64,000 nt of DNA from a virus (taxonomy: Duplodnaviria; Caudoviricetes), in IMG/VR virus record IMGVR_UViG_3300008107_000043, positions 14,521 to 78,520 of that record; one strand, given 5' to 3'. The translations under genes were made by a program, and so were the position numbers. How positions within the stretch are numbered: position 1 is the first letter of the stretch; every line of letters starts with the position of its first letter. Below are positions 18,701 to 27,825 of the stretch, piece by piece. The notes below the pieces were generated by a model, which was given only the letters and a program-made list of their open reading frames with translations, was not told the DNA's origin and made no database searches.

Positions 18701-21597
18701 TAAAAGAACTTTATCCACAAACAAATCGTGATAATCCGGAATCAGATCCGGATGAGACTCAATCGTTTGCATCTTCCTCAGTAATTGGTGAAGTTGTAGT
18801 TAATGATGTCCGTAAGAGTATTACAAAAGAAACAATCTCCAAAGTTTTATCTGATAGTAATGTAGGTATTGCTATTACTGATATTTCTTCAGCAGATGCA
18901 TCTACACATACTGTACATACTGCTATTGATCATGGATTAAATCGTATCACGCGAGTTAGTATTACTAATCCTGGATCTGGATATGGATACGGAAGTGCTA
19001 CAAGTTTATATAATGCAAGTCTTGTGGGATTTGCTGGATCCACTACTGGAATCTTTGCTACTGCCAAAATAACAGTAGATGGATCAGGATCTATTTCTGA
19101 CATTGCAATTATGGATGGTGGGTCTTCTTATGGAATTGGAAATACTCTTTCTGTTGTAGGTGTTGCAACAACCACAGGTTATTCTCCAGCGGTAGTGACA
19201 GTTACTCAAATCTATAATAATGTTGGAGATACAATCAGAATTTCTGGAGTATCGTCGGAAGGTTATTCTGCATTTAATGATCTTTATAGAATTACAAATG
19301 TTACTGTTGGAGCTGGGTATAGATTTGCAGTTTCTTCCGCATCTTCAATCTCAGTTGGTTCAACAACTGGTATCGGAACGCAATTTACATCAAATGCATT
19401 TGCTAACTTAACTGGCGAATCAATTAGAGTTGGTTCATTGGCATATGATAATAATTCAGGAATTGCAACCATTACAACTTCTAACCGTCATGGATTAAAG
19501 GTTGATAATAAGATTCGTTTAATCGGATCTACTGAAGAAATATACAACGGAGATTTTGTTGTTAAAGAAAATCTCAGTTTAAATTCATTCTCTGTTACGA
19601 TTGGTGTTGGAACATTTTCTCCGTCAGCCGCAGGAACTCTTTATGCATATCGTGAAGGTGTAACATCAAATGGTGGTACAATTACAGTCGATAATGAAAA
19701 TTTAAATGGTAGAATGATTCCAACTTATGCTGGAATCACAACTACTTTATCAGCACTTATTCCAGATGCACTTACGGACCAGATTAACATTCAAAACATT
19801 GAAAATCTTGATATTAAAATCGGTGATTATTTGACAATTGACGAAGAAATTGTGAGAGTAAAAACAACCATTCCAAGCACTCCAACAAATCCAATTTATG
19901 TTTTCCGTGGAGTTCTTGGAACAAAGGCAGTTAGTCATGCAGTAAACTCTGTTGTAAGAAGAATTTATGCCAGTCCAATTGAGTTTCGTAGGCATTCAAT
20001 TATTCGTGCATCTGGTCATACATTTGAATATGTTGGATTTGGTCCTGGCAACTATTCAACTGCATTCCCCGATAAACAAGATCGTCAGATTTCTTCAATA
20101 GAGGAACTCCTTGCACAATCAACCAGAAAGGATGGTGGTATTAACTTCTATACTGGTATGAATGATAAAGGCATTTCATATTCAGGAAATAAGAAATTAA
20201 GTTCAGTTACCGGTCAAGAAGAAATCTTTGATACTCCTGTCCAAACTGTAACTGGTGAAGATATTGGAGGACTTCCTGGATTAAATGTTATTACTCCAGT
20301 TCAAGGAACATTTAGTCGTTCAATCCGTGTTGATGGTGGTAGTGATGGCAAATCAATTTCTGAGTTTAATGGACCTGTTGTATTTGGAAATAAGATAACA
20401 TCAACTTCCAATAAAGGTATTGAAGCATTTTCACTGTTCTTACAGGGTGATGCTACAGTTTCTAGAAAATATACTGTTGGAGTTACTACACCAACACTTT
20501 CAGGTAACCCAGGTGATGTAATTTACTATCAAAATCCAACGAAGGGTGGATATCTTGGATGGGTTTATACTACTGATAATGAATGGTATCGTTTTGGTGC
20601 TGTCAGCCTTTCCAAAGATTTAAATATTGCTCTCTTTGATCAGGTTGGTATTGCAACTATAAGTCCCGGATCTAATCTTCTCCAGATTGGTGCAGGTTCT
20701 TCACTTGTTTCTATTAATTCAAATGGTGGTGTTGGTATTGGAACCAGTGCAAATCAATTCAAACTTCAGGTAAATGGTAGTGCAAATTTTATCGGCACTT
20801 GCTACGGTTCTTACTTCTCTGGCGATGGAAGTGCATTAACAAATATAAATGTAAGTGCTGCTGGGTGGTCACAAATTAGTGGTGGAATTTATAATACCTT
20901 ATTGAGTACTGTTGGTATTGGTACATCAGTTCCTAGATTTAATCTTGAAGTTGGTCCTGTTGGAACATCTGCAACGACACTTTATGTTAATGGGCAGGCA
21001 GTATTTGCTGGAATTATCACGGCAAATAATGCATTTGTAAGTGGAATGTTAACTGCAACAGCATTTGATCTAAAGTCAACATCAGGTCAAATCAGAGCAG
21101 GTATTGTTACTACAACAAATCTTGTAGTTGGTAGTGCTGGAACTACACTCACAACTAATGGTCCATTAATTGGTATTGGAACAGCAGTACCAAGAGCAAA
21201 ACTTGATATTGAAGGGCATACAAGATTTAAGACATATTCTGAAGTTGTTCAAACAATATCAAGTTCGTCTAATATTCTCACAATTGATCTGTCTCAGGCA
21301 CAGTCATTTGATTTTACATTATCGGAAACAGTCAATCAATTTACGATTATTAATGCACCATCTGGAGCAAGTTCATTTGTTATTAAAATTGCACAAAATG
21401 CAACTGGTGGATATCTAGTTGATATTGATGACTTTAGAAATTCTAGTGGAGGAATTTTACCGGTTTATTGGCCAGGTGGTGGTGTTCTACCAACCGTAAC
21501 ACCAACTGCAAATAGAGCGGATATATATTCATTCAAGACTTTTGATGGTGGGTCATCTTGGTACGGTTTCGTTGACGGACAAAACTTTGTTAACTAA
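15763..21597 (+). CDS. Very large virion structural / tail-fibre protein
   Basis: 1944 aa; N-terminal GNSLTRPFKTIQRALIEA motif, beta-rich Ser/Thr/Gly composition, VGIGT fibre repeats near the C-terminus. Confidence 0.7.
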   Translation: MGLSRLDNFLKSVRGTIIYVDPNSLDSTDSIENQGNSLTRPFKTIQRALIEASRFSYQRGLNNDRFGKTTILLYPGDHLVDNRPGWIPDGSNNFRLRNGSTSNNFPAWDLTSNFDLTTADNVLYKMNSIHGGVIIPRGTSIVGLDLRKTKIRPKYVPNPTNDNIERSSIFRVTGGCYIWQFSLFDADPNGQCYLDYTENLFVPNFSHHKLSCFEYADGVNDVNINDVFQTYSTDRTDLDMYYEKVGLAYGQSSGRAIEPDYPSSSIDIQPKIDEYRIVGSTGASVGISSIISGDGITPSKIITVTTESSVSGLDVDTPFRISGIIAEGYNGQFVVTEKLSDTVIKYQVQNAPAVAFPSTTGSTLSLTSDTVTSASPYIFNISLRSVYGMCGVLADGDKASGFKSMVIAQFTGIGLQKDDNAFVLYNSSTGTYDDNTVPGNETISTNSRAIFKPAYRNFHIKAINDAFVQNVSIFAIGYAEHFVVESGGDFSVTNSNPNFGAKALVASGFRRNAFPQDDLGYITHIIPPKEISKVETAIEFNSIDVSKTVGVASTGYLYLYNQTNSDVAPENVLEGYRIGARENDTLKVIISAGSTASEYSARIVMPGSQTTSEKKFYVSRSISGINNISSNTLSLTQNHTFINGESVRILSDNGQLPDGLLPNTVYYAITSSNASSGLTTTTELKLAKTQNDAISASEILINNKGGILSVVSRVSDKNSGDIGHPVQFDYSNSQWYIQVSNSETDNKIYPAIVSFGSTILGAATPRTYINRKQDSRSANDIIYRLRYVIPASSGVYARPPSDGFVIQESNTTIGATSGEIQTYFGTGSISNVNQQRNFRFVADAQWQAGIAYITTELPHNLSVGSEVRFFNIKSSNNVTGASDSGYNGTYVVSTITNAKVFTFALDTDPGAFTSDISARDSSLPYFKRSKYKNTYYNLKTQEAQKYIAGQQDGVYYLTLLNSSNSPSVDPFADEKYSQPVKELYPQTNRDNPESDPDETQSFASSSVIGEVVVNDVRKSITKETISKVLSDSNVGIAITDISSADASTHTVHTAIDHGLNRITRVSITNPGSGYGYGSATSLYNASLVGFAGSTTGIFATAKITVDGSGSISDIAIMDGGSSYGIGNTLSVVGVATTTGYSPAVVTVTQIYNNVGDTIRISGVSSEGYSAFNDLYRITNVTVGAGYRFAVSSASSISVGSTTGIGTQFTSNAFANLTGESIRVGSLAYDNNSGIATITTSNRHGLKVDNKIRLIGSTEEIYNGDFVVKENLSLNSFSVTIGVGTFSPSAAGTLYAYREGVTSNGGTITVDNENLNGRMIPTYAGITTTLSALIPDALTDQINIQNIENLDIKIGDYLTIDEEIVRVKTTIPSTPTNPIYVFRGVLGTKAVSHAVNSVVRRIYASPIEFRRHSIIRASGHTFEYVGFGPGNYSTAFPDKQDRQISSIEELLAQSTRKDGGINFYTGMNDKGISYSGNKKLSSVTGQEEIFDTPVQTVTGEDIGGLPGLNVITPVQGTFSRSIRVDGGSDGKSISEFNGPVVFGNKITSTSNKGIEAFSLFLQGDATVSRKYTVGVTTPTLSGNPGDVIYYQNPTKGGYLGWVYTTDNEWYRFGAVSLSKDLNIALFDQVGIATISPGSNLLQIGAGSSLVSINSNGGVGIGTSANQFKLQVNGSANFIGTCYGSYFSGDGSALTNINVSAAGWSQISGGIYNTLLSTVGIGTSVPRFNLEVGPVGTSATTLYVNGQAVFAGIITANNAFVSGMLTATAFDLKSTSGQIRAGIVTTTNLVVGSAGTTLTTNGPLIGIGTAVPRAKLDIEGHTRFKTYSEVVQTISSSSNILTIDLSQAQSFDFTLSETVNQFTIINAPSGASSFVIKIAQNATGGYLVDIDDFRNSSGGILPVYWPGGGVLPTVTPTANRADIYSFKTFDGGSSWYGFVDGQNFVN

Positions 21598-21608
21598 AGG
21601 AGATTGAT

Positions 21609-24600
21609 ATGTTAAACAAACAGACAACTTTAGATCTAAACGGTCCAATTCTATCATTTACTACAAATCCTGTTGGAGCAGCAACTACTAATGGTGGGTC
21701 TGCAACTTTTATAGGTATTGCAACCGCAACATTTCCCATACAAACCCCACCAAATCCTGCAATACCTACTGGATATATTTCTTACCGATGGTATGATCAA
21801 AATGGACCATTAACTGATGGTGCAAATGTAACTGGATCTGCAACTACAACATTAACTATTTCTAATGCAGTTAGTCCAACTGATCATAATAGACAATTTT
21901 ATTTAAATGCGGATTATATACCATCTGCATATGGAGAAAATCCAATTACAGTTGGTACTGCAAGATCAACTGGAAATGCAATAAATGACCCAATTGTATC
22001 TAGTAGTGCGGTTTTAACGGTCTATCCAATACTATCAGTAACAAGACAACCTGTTAGTAGTACTATTGGACAAAACTCAGATACGAGATTTGTTACTGAT
22101 GCATCAATTACAGATACTAGTCGAGGAAATATTTCTTATCAATGGCAATTAAATGGTTCTGATCTTTCAGACACTCTAACTATACAAGGTTCTAAAACAA
22201 AAGAACTTTTAATTTCTTTACCAAATATTGGGATTAATACTGTTAGAGCAAAAATTACTCATCCCACTGCTTCAAACTCTCCATTATATACAAATAATGC
22301 CAATCTTGATGTAGTTGCTCCTAGAAAAATTCTTAATGTCGAAGTAATTCGGGATGATAACAGTGCTGAGGCACTATTATATTCTTGGAATATTGTTACT
22401 CAAGGTCCATATACAATAAATCCAGACCAAGTACCGCCAGGAAGTATTCTTACATTTTATGCACCAGAACTAAGTATTGATGCATATATCGATATGTACG
22501 GAACTGCTGGTGCAAATTATGGAACTTTTGTTGGAGGAAGAGGTGGAGTATCTACAATCAGATTAACATTAAATAAAAATCAAGAATATGCTGTCACACC
22601 TCTTTCTCCAATTAAAAATGGTGGAGGTGTTTTTCTATATAAAAAAGCAAAATTAATTGCTGTTGTTGGTGGGGGAGGAAATGCGGGAAAAAATGGTAGT
22701 GGTGGTGATGGTGGTGGTGTTAACGTAGCAGGTCAAGATGGTAGTGGTGGTAGTAAAGGTGGAAGTCTAGGAACATTATCTCCAAATGGTATATTTGGTT
22801 CTACTGTTCAATTCGTAACACTTAAATCTGGAGATACTTTAGCAATTGCTCCCAACGGAGGTAGAGTACTGCCCTGCACTAAAGGAGAATATTGGGCCGC
22901 CCAAGGATTTTCTGCTTGTACTGATGTTGGAAATACAAAATATTATACACCTACTGCAGGAGTAAGTACAAATACAGCAACAATTACAAGAGGATATAAG
23001 CCAGGATATGGAATTACTGGCACTGCAGGACTAGGAATAAATTTTGGAGGCAATGGTGGCAGTGGTGCAACTGGAGGCAATGGTGGTAACGGTGGTGGTG
23101 GAGGAGGTGGAAGTGGATATAGTGATGGGTCTGTAATAATTACTTCTACGCAACAAGGTGGTAATGCTGGTCTTGGAAAAGTTGTAATTCGCGAATATGT
23201 ACCACCGCCACCACCACCACCGCCTCCACCACCACCGCCACCGCCATCTTGTCCTGCTCCATGGACAAAGATCTTAATGTCTGATGGAACTCTTAAGAAT
23301 GCTGGTGATTTAGTGGTTGGAGATATTCTCAAAACACAGCATAAAGATACCTTAGAATGGGGAGAGTATCCAATTACATATAAAAAAGTAAGTCCTTCAG
23401 AAAGATTAAAACTCACTTTTGAAGAGTCTAACTTTACTTGCTCTCCAACTCATAAAATGTATGTTGAGGGTAAAGGTTGGATATTAGTTACTGATATGGT
23501 AATTGGTGATGTTGTAAGTAACCAAAAATTATTGTCGGTAGAACCTGATGAAAGTGGTGATGTTATTGTTATTGAAGTTGATGAGGCATATACTTTTATT
23601 GGTGAAGGATTGTTATCTCGTACAGTGAAGATAGAATTAACAGAATCTCCACTGCCAATTTTTAATCAATTTCCAAAGATTTTGATGTCAGATGAGACTC
23701 AAAAAAATGCTAGAGATTTGAAAGTTGGTGATTTAATTAAAACTCAACATGAACATACTTTAGAATGGGGAGAGTATCCAATTACACATAATTCAACATT
23801 ACAGTCGGAAAGATTAAAACTTACTTTTGATAATGCTAAGGTTATTTTTTCTCCAACTCATAAAATGTATGTTGAAAATAAAGGTTGGATTAGAGTTTGT
23901 GATATGGTAATTGGTGATATTGTAAGTAATCAAAAATTAATAAGTGTGGAGAATGTTGAATATGGTGATGTTGTTTCAATTGAAGTTGATGACGCACATA
24001 CTTTTATTAGTGATGGATTATTATCGCACAATAGAAGAAATTCACCTCCACCACCGCCACCACCATTTACATTACCACGAACGCAGCAAGACCCCTTGTT
24101 AGCATTTGTGTCACCACCACCTCCTCCACCGCCACCAAAAGCACCGCCACCACCTCCTCCACCGCCACCAAAGCCACCCCCACCACCGCCGCCACCGCCG
24201 CCACCACCTCAGCTGGCACCATCTTGTCCTGCACCCTGGGCAAAGATATTAATGACTGACGGGACCCTTAAGAATGCAGGTGATCTAAAAGTTGGTGATT
24301 TAATAAAAACTCAAGATGAACACACTTTAGAATGGGGTGAATACTCTGTATTAAAAGTTTCTATCGTTCAAGAAGATAGATTTAAAATGAAATTTGACCA
24401 CAAAGATTTGGTCTGCTCAACATCTCATAAAATGTATGTTGAAAATAAAGGTTGGACTAGAGTTTGTGATATGGTAATTGGGGATATTATAAGTGGACAT
24501 ACCTTACTTGAAATTGATGATTATGAATATGGAGATGTCGTTGCAATTCAAATTAAGGGTGCTCATACTTATATCTGTGAAGGATTATTATCTCACAATT

Positions 24601-25073
24601 TAAAGATAGTTACTCCACCACCTCCTCCACCAGCACAACCTCCTCCACCACCACCATTTACATCCTGTCCTGCTCCATGGACAAAGATATTAATGGCAGA
24701 TGGAACTCAAAAGAATGCTGGAGACCTAAAAGTTGGTGATTTAATCAGAACTCGACATGAGCATACTTTAGAATGGGGTGAATACTTAATTGATTATGTT
24801 AAGCAAGTTGATTCTGAAAGATTGAAAATTATCTTTGATCATGTTGAATTTACTTGCTCACCTACTCACACATTTTATAGTGAAGAAAATGGTTGGATTT
24901 TAGCTTGTAGTTTAAAAATAGGTGATATTATTTCTGGACATACGATTATAAAAATTGAAAGTGCAGAACCTGGAAAGGTTGTTGCAATTCAAGTTGATGG
25001 TGGTCACACCTATATCTCAGAAAACTTATTATCTCACAATAAACTAGTTGCACCCCCACCAACAGTCAAATAA
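21609..25073 (+). CDS. Ig-like + glycine-rich protein with four tandem Hint (intein-like) domains joined by poly-proline linkers
   Basis: Two Ig-like repeats (ISYRW/ISYQWQLNG), Gly-rich block, then four 125-aa units with Hint blocks A (C-P-A-P-W-x-K-I-L-M-x-D-G), B (SxxH), F and G (LLSHN). Confidence 0.8.
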   Translation: MLNKQTTLDLNGPILSFTTNPVGAATTNGGSATFIGIATATFPIQTPPNPAIPTGYISYRWYDQNGPLTDGANVTGSATTTLTISNAVSPTDHNRQFYLNADYIPSAYGENPITVGTARSTGNAINDPIVSSSAVLTVYPILSVTRQPVSSTIGQNSDTRFVTDASITDTSRGNISYQWQLNGSDLSDTLTIQGSKTKELLISLPNIGINTVRAKITHPTASNSPLYTNNANLDVVAPRKILNVEVIRDDNSAEALLYSWNIVTQGPYTINPDQVPPGSILTFYAPELSIDAYIDMYGTAGANYGTFVGGRGGVSTIRLTLNKNQEYAVTPLSPIKNGGGVFLYKKAKLIAVVGGGGNAGKNGSGGDGGGVNVAGQDGSGGSKGGSLGTLSPNGIFGSTVQFVTLKSGDTLAIAPNGGRVLPCTKGEYWAAQGFSACTDVGNTKYYTPTAGVSTNTATITRGYKPGYGITGTAGLGINFGGNGGSGATGGNGGNGGGGGGGSGYSDGSVIITSTQQGGNAGLGKVVIREYVPPPPPPPPPPPPPPPSCPAPWTKILMSDGTLKNAGDLVVGDILKTQHKDTLEWGEYPITYKKVSPSERLKLTFEESNFTCSPTHKMYVEGKGWILVTDMVIGDVVSNQKLLSVEPDESGDVIVIEVDEAYTFIGEGLLSRTVKIELTESPLPIFNQFPKILMSDETQKNARDLKVGDLIKTQHEHTLEWGEYPITHNSTLQSERLKLTFDNAKVIFSPTHKMYVENKGWIRVCDMVIGDIVSNQKLISVENVEYGDVVSIEVDDAHTFISDGLLSHNRRNSPPPPPPPFTLPRTQQDPLLAFVSPPPPPPPPKAPPPPPPPPPKPPPPPPPPPPPPQLAPSCPAPWAKILMTDGTLKNAGDLKVGDLIKTQDEHTLEWGEYSVLKVSIVQEDRFKMKFDHKDLVCSTSHKMYVENKGWTRVCDMVIGDIISGHTLLEIDDYEYGDVVAIQIKGAHTYICEGLLSHNLKIVTPPPPPPAQPPPPPPFTSCPAPWTKILMADGTQKNAGDLKVGDLIRTRHEHTLEWGEYLIDYVKQVDSERLKIIFDHVEFTCSPTHTFYSEENGWILACSLKIGDIISGHTIIKIESAEPGKVVAIQVDGGHTYISENLLSHNKLVAPPPTVK
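23250..25040 (+). repeat. Four 375-nt Hint-domain repeats: 23250-23624, 23658-24032, 24225-24599, 24666-25040
   Basis: Shared KILM.D.T.KNA.DL.VGD..KT..E.TLEWGEY and H.MYVE.KGW...DM.IGD segments; CCN-rich linkers between them. Confidence 0.85.
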
Positions 25074-25077
25074 AAAT

Positions 25078-25647
25078 TCAATCGTTATAAACGGGAGCGG
25101 CATGTGGATCATAAGTCAAAAAAACGCTTAATGTCTGCCTAACGCCGCTCTCAACTTTTTTAACTCCATGTGTAAATTTTAAATCTGCTGGATGAACAAC
25201 TAGCATTCTTGGTTCTGGTTTAACTTCTATATTCAAATTTGGATAATATAGTTCTCCTCCAACAAAAGAACTATTAAAATAAAGAACACTTCCGTGCGAT
25301 CTCCAAGGAGATGCATTTGGAGTAACTCCATCTTGCTCAATATTATCTGCATGTGGAGTAAGTTCTACTTTATTTTCCCACCTAACAAATTGTGGATATT
25401 CTATAAAAAGTTTTTGGTCAGATATAGAAGTTTTCTCTACAACACTTCTAATTGATACAATTAACTTAATTAATTTTTCTCTAACTTCTTCTTCCTTAAT
25501 TGAAGAATAATATATGCATCTTTTGGACCAGTAATCTTCTGAACTTATATGTTGATCATATGAAGATTTATTTTCTTCTACCCAGTTTAAAAAATAATCA
25601 TTTTCTTCTTCTGTAATAAAATTTCTAATTACCAATGGATAAGACAT
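25078..25647 (-). CDS. 2OG-Fe(II) oxygenase, prolyl 4-hydroxylase-like
   Basis: VIRNFIT.EE N-terminus, HxD (PHADN), VLYFN..F.GGEL.YP, distal His (THGV) and Arg (GVRQTL). Confidence 0.8.
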   Translation of the reverse strand: MSYPLVIRNFITEEENDYFLNWVEENKSSYDQHISSEDYWSKRCIYYSSIKEEEVREKLIKLIVSIRSVVEKTSISDQKLFIEYPQFVRWENKVELTPHADNIEQDGVTPNASPWRSHGSVLYFNSSFVGGELYYPNLNIEVKPEPRMLVVHPADLKFTHGVKKVESGVRQTLSVFLTYDPHAAPVYND

Positions 25648-25677
25648 AAATGTGAATTTTAAAATTGTTCATATTCG

Positions 25678-25700
25678 TATTTATTTCTTTATTATAAATA
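25678..25700. promoter_or_regulatory. Back-to-back late promoters
   Basis: TATTTAT at 25678-25684 (ATAAATA on - strand, upstream of the oxygenase) and TATAAATA at 25693-25700 (upstream of the fibre gene). Confidence 0.6.
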
Positions 25701-25728
25701 CTTAAAATAAGGTTGGCGTTCTCCACCT

Positions 25729-27825
25729 ATGGCAATTAAAAAAGCGTTTGTTATAAAAGACGGATTAGAAGTTAATTCCGACGTTCTTATTGTAAGCAGT
25801 CAAACTAAAAATGTTGGCATAGGTTCTACTATTCCGAGAGTAGAATTAGATCTACGTGGTAGGTTTATTGCAACAGATTCTTATCTAACAGGAATCTCAA
25901 CTGTTATAAACGAATTAAACGTAGGATCAAATGGAACGGTTCTTACAGCATTAGGTAGTGGTTCTGTTGGTGTAGGAACAGCACTGCCAAACTACTTATT
26001 AGATGTTCGTTCTTCAGTCTCTACAGGACAAACAGCACTCTATGTTCAAGGTGATTCAAATATTACTGGAAAGTTGGATATTGGGGGTAGTATATCCTTT
26101 AGTGGGTTTACTGCACTTAATGCCAATATCACTGGTATTGCAACAATTGGAACAGTACAAATATCTTCAGGTATTGTAACTGCTACAAGTACAAGTGGTG
26201 TTGTAACTTATTATGGTGATGGTTCTAAACTTACTAATGTTGCTGCTTCTTCTGCTGTCTATGCTATAAATTCTGGTATAGCAACTTATGCTACCTCTAG
26301 TGGTATTTCTAGTACTGCTACTTATGCTACTTCTAGTGGTATTGCTACTTATGCTACCAGAGCAGGAATATCAACTTATGCTACTAATGCTGGAGTAAGT
26401 ACCTATGCTACCTCTAGTGGTATAGCAACTTATGCTACTTCTAGTGGTATTTCTACTACTGCAACTTATGCTACCTCTAGTGGTATAGCAACTTATGCTA
26501 CTTCTAGTGGTATTGCTACTTATGCTACCAGAGCAGGAGTAAGTACCTATGCAACCTCTAGTGGTATTGCTACTTATGCTACCTCTAGTGGTATTTCTTC
26601 CACACTTACTGCAACCGCATCAGTTAATACTACTGGCATCATAACAGCATCATCATTCGTTGGAAATGGTTCTGGATTAACAAATTTACCAACAGTTTTT
26701 AGTGGTATTGCTACATCAGTTATAGGTGGTATTGCATCTGTTACACAATTAAATGTTTCTGGTGTTTCTACATTTACAAATGGACCTGTATTAGTCGGAG
26801 TAGCAACAGCAACAGGAACTGCATCACAACCACTTCAAGTAACTGGTGGTGCTTATGTAAGTGGTAATCTTGGAGTTGGCGTCACAAATCCACAAGAAAA
26901 ACTTCACATTTATGGAGGAAACGTTACTAGTCTTGAGATAACGGCAGATTCTGAACCAAACATTAATTTTAATACCACTGATGGTTTAAGAAACGCTACT
27001 TTATTCAATTCTTATGGTAGTGTAGGACTTGTTGGATATGGTCCATCATCCAATTATATTTTATATCATAATAATAGCAGTGGAGTTCTTAACAATCAAT
27101 ACACTTATTTCCAAGTAGCTGGACAGGAGGTATTAAGACTTGTACCCGGTACAGCACTTATTGGTTCTGGAACTTCAACAGGAACTGCATCACAAAAACT
27201 TCAAGTAACTGGTGGCGCTTATGTTTCCGGTAATTTTGGAATTGGGTCCACAAATCCATCTCAACCTCTACACGTTCAAGGTAATGCAAGAGTTACTGGA
27301 GGAATTTATGATTCCAATAATCAAATAGGTACTTCAGGACAAGTTTTACAATCTATTGGAACTGGTATAAGTTGGACAACATTTTCTGGTGGTGCTACAT
27401 TATCAAATGATACAACTACTAATGCATCATATTATCCAACATTCAGTTCTGCTACTTCTGGTACATATACTACAGCATATGTTTCTGATACTAAATGTAC
27501 ATTTAACCCATCAACGGGTACATTATCAGCAACTCAATTTACATCACTATCAGACGCAACTCAAAAAACTAACGTAAGACCTATAGAAAATCCAATTGAA
27601 ATTACAAAACAACTTGATGGAGTTAGGTTTGATTGGATAAATACCAATAAACCTTCACTTGGTCTGATTGCTCAAGAAGTTGAAAAAGTACTTCCAGAAC
27701 TCGTTGAAACTAATAGTGATGGTATTAAGTCAGTAAGTTATTCTAATATGGTTGGACTTTTAATTGAAGCAATCAAAGAACAACAAATTCGTATTGAAGA
27801 ACTGGAGAGAAAGTTAAATGTCTAG
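25729..27825 (+). CDS. Tail fibre protein with C-terminal peptidase S74 intramolecular chaperone
   Basis: VGIGST fibre motifs; TSLSD...KTNV..IENP...LDGVRFDW...GLIAQEVEKVLPELV...LLIEAIKEQQ is the S74 pattern. Confidence 0.85.
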   Translation: MAIKKAFVIKDGLEVNSDVLIVSSQTKNVGIGSTIPRVELDLRGRFIATDSYLTGISTVINELNVGSNGTVLTALGSGSVGVGTALPNYLLDVRSSVSTGQTALYVQGDSNITGKLDIGGSISFSGFTALNANITGIATIGTVQISSGIVTATSTSGVVTYYGDGSKLTNVAASSAVYAINSGIATYATSSGISSTATYATSSGIATYATRAGISTYATNAGVSTYATSSGIATYATSSGISTTATYATSSGIATYATSSGIATYATRAGVSTYATSSGIATYATSSGISSTLTATASVNTTGIITASSFVGNGSGLTNLPTVFSGIATSVIGGIASVTQLNVSGVSTFTNGPVLVGVATATGTASQPLQVTGGAYVSGNLGVGVTNPQEKLHIYGGNVTSLEITADSEPNINFNTTDGLRNATLFNSYGSVGLVGYGPSSNYILYHNNSSGVLNNQYTYFQVAGQEVLRLVPGTALIGSGTSTGTASQKLQVTGGAYVSGNFGIGSTNPSQPLHVQGNARVTGGIYDSNNQIGTSGQVLQSIGTGISWTTFSGGATLSNDTTTNASYYPTFSSATSGTYTTAYVSDTKCTFNPSTGTLSATQFTSLSDATQKTNVRPIENPIEITKQLDGVRFDWINTNKPSLGLIAQEVEKVLPELVETNSDGIKSVSYSNMVGLLIEAIKEQQIRIEELERKLNV
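26272..26597 (+). repeat. Tandem 27-nt coding repeat (ATYATSSGI and variants)
   Basis: About a dozen imperfect copies of GCAACTTATGCTACCTCTAGTGGTATT. Confidence 0.85.

Noticed and set aside
22943-23416. Minus-strand Gly/Pro-rich ORFs (also 289-630, 29806-30417, 53378-53701, 54343-54882)
   Set aside because: Antisense shadows of Gly- or Pro-rich + strand genes, with no independent signals.
23250-25040. Classical mobile inteins
   Set aside because: No homing endonuclease, no Ser/Thr/Cys after His-Asn, and not inserted in a conserved enzyme; better described as BIL/Hint domains.
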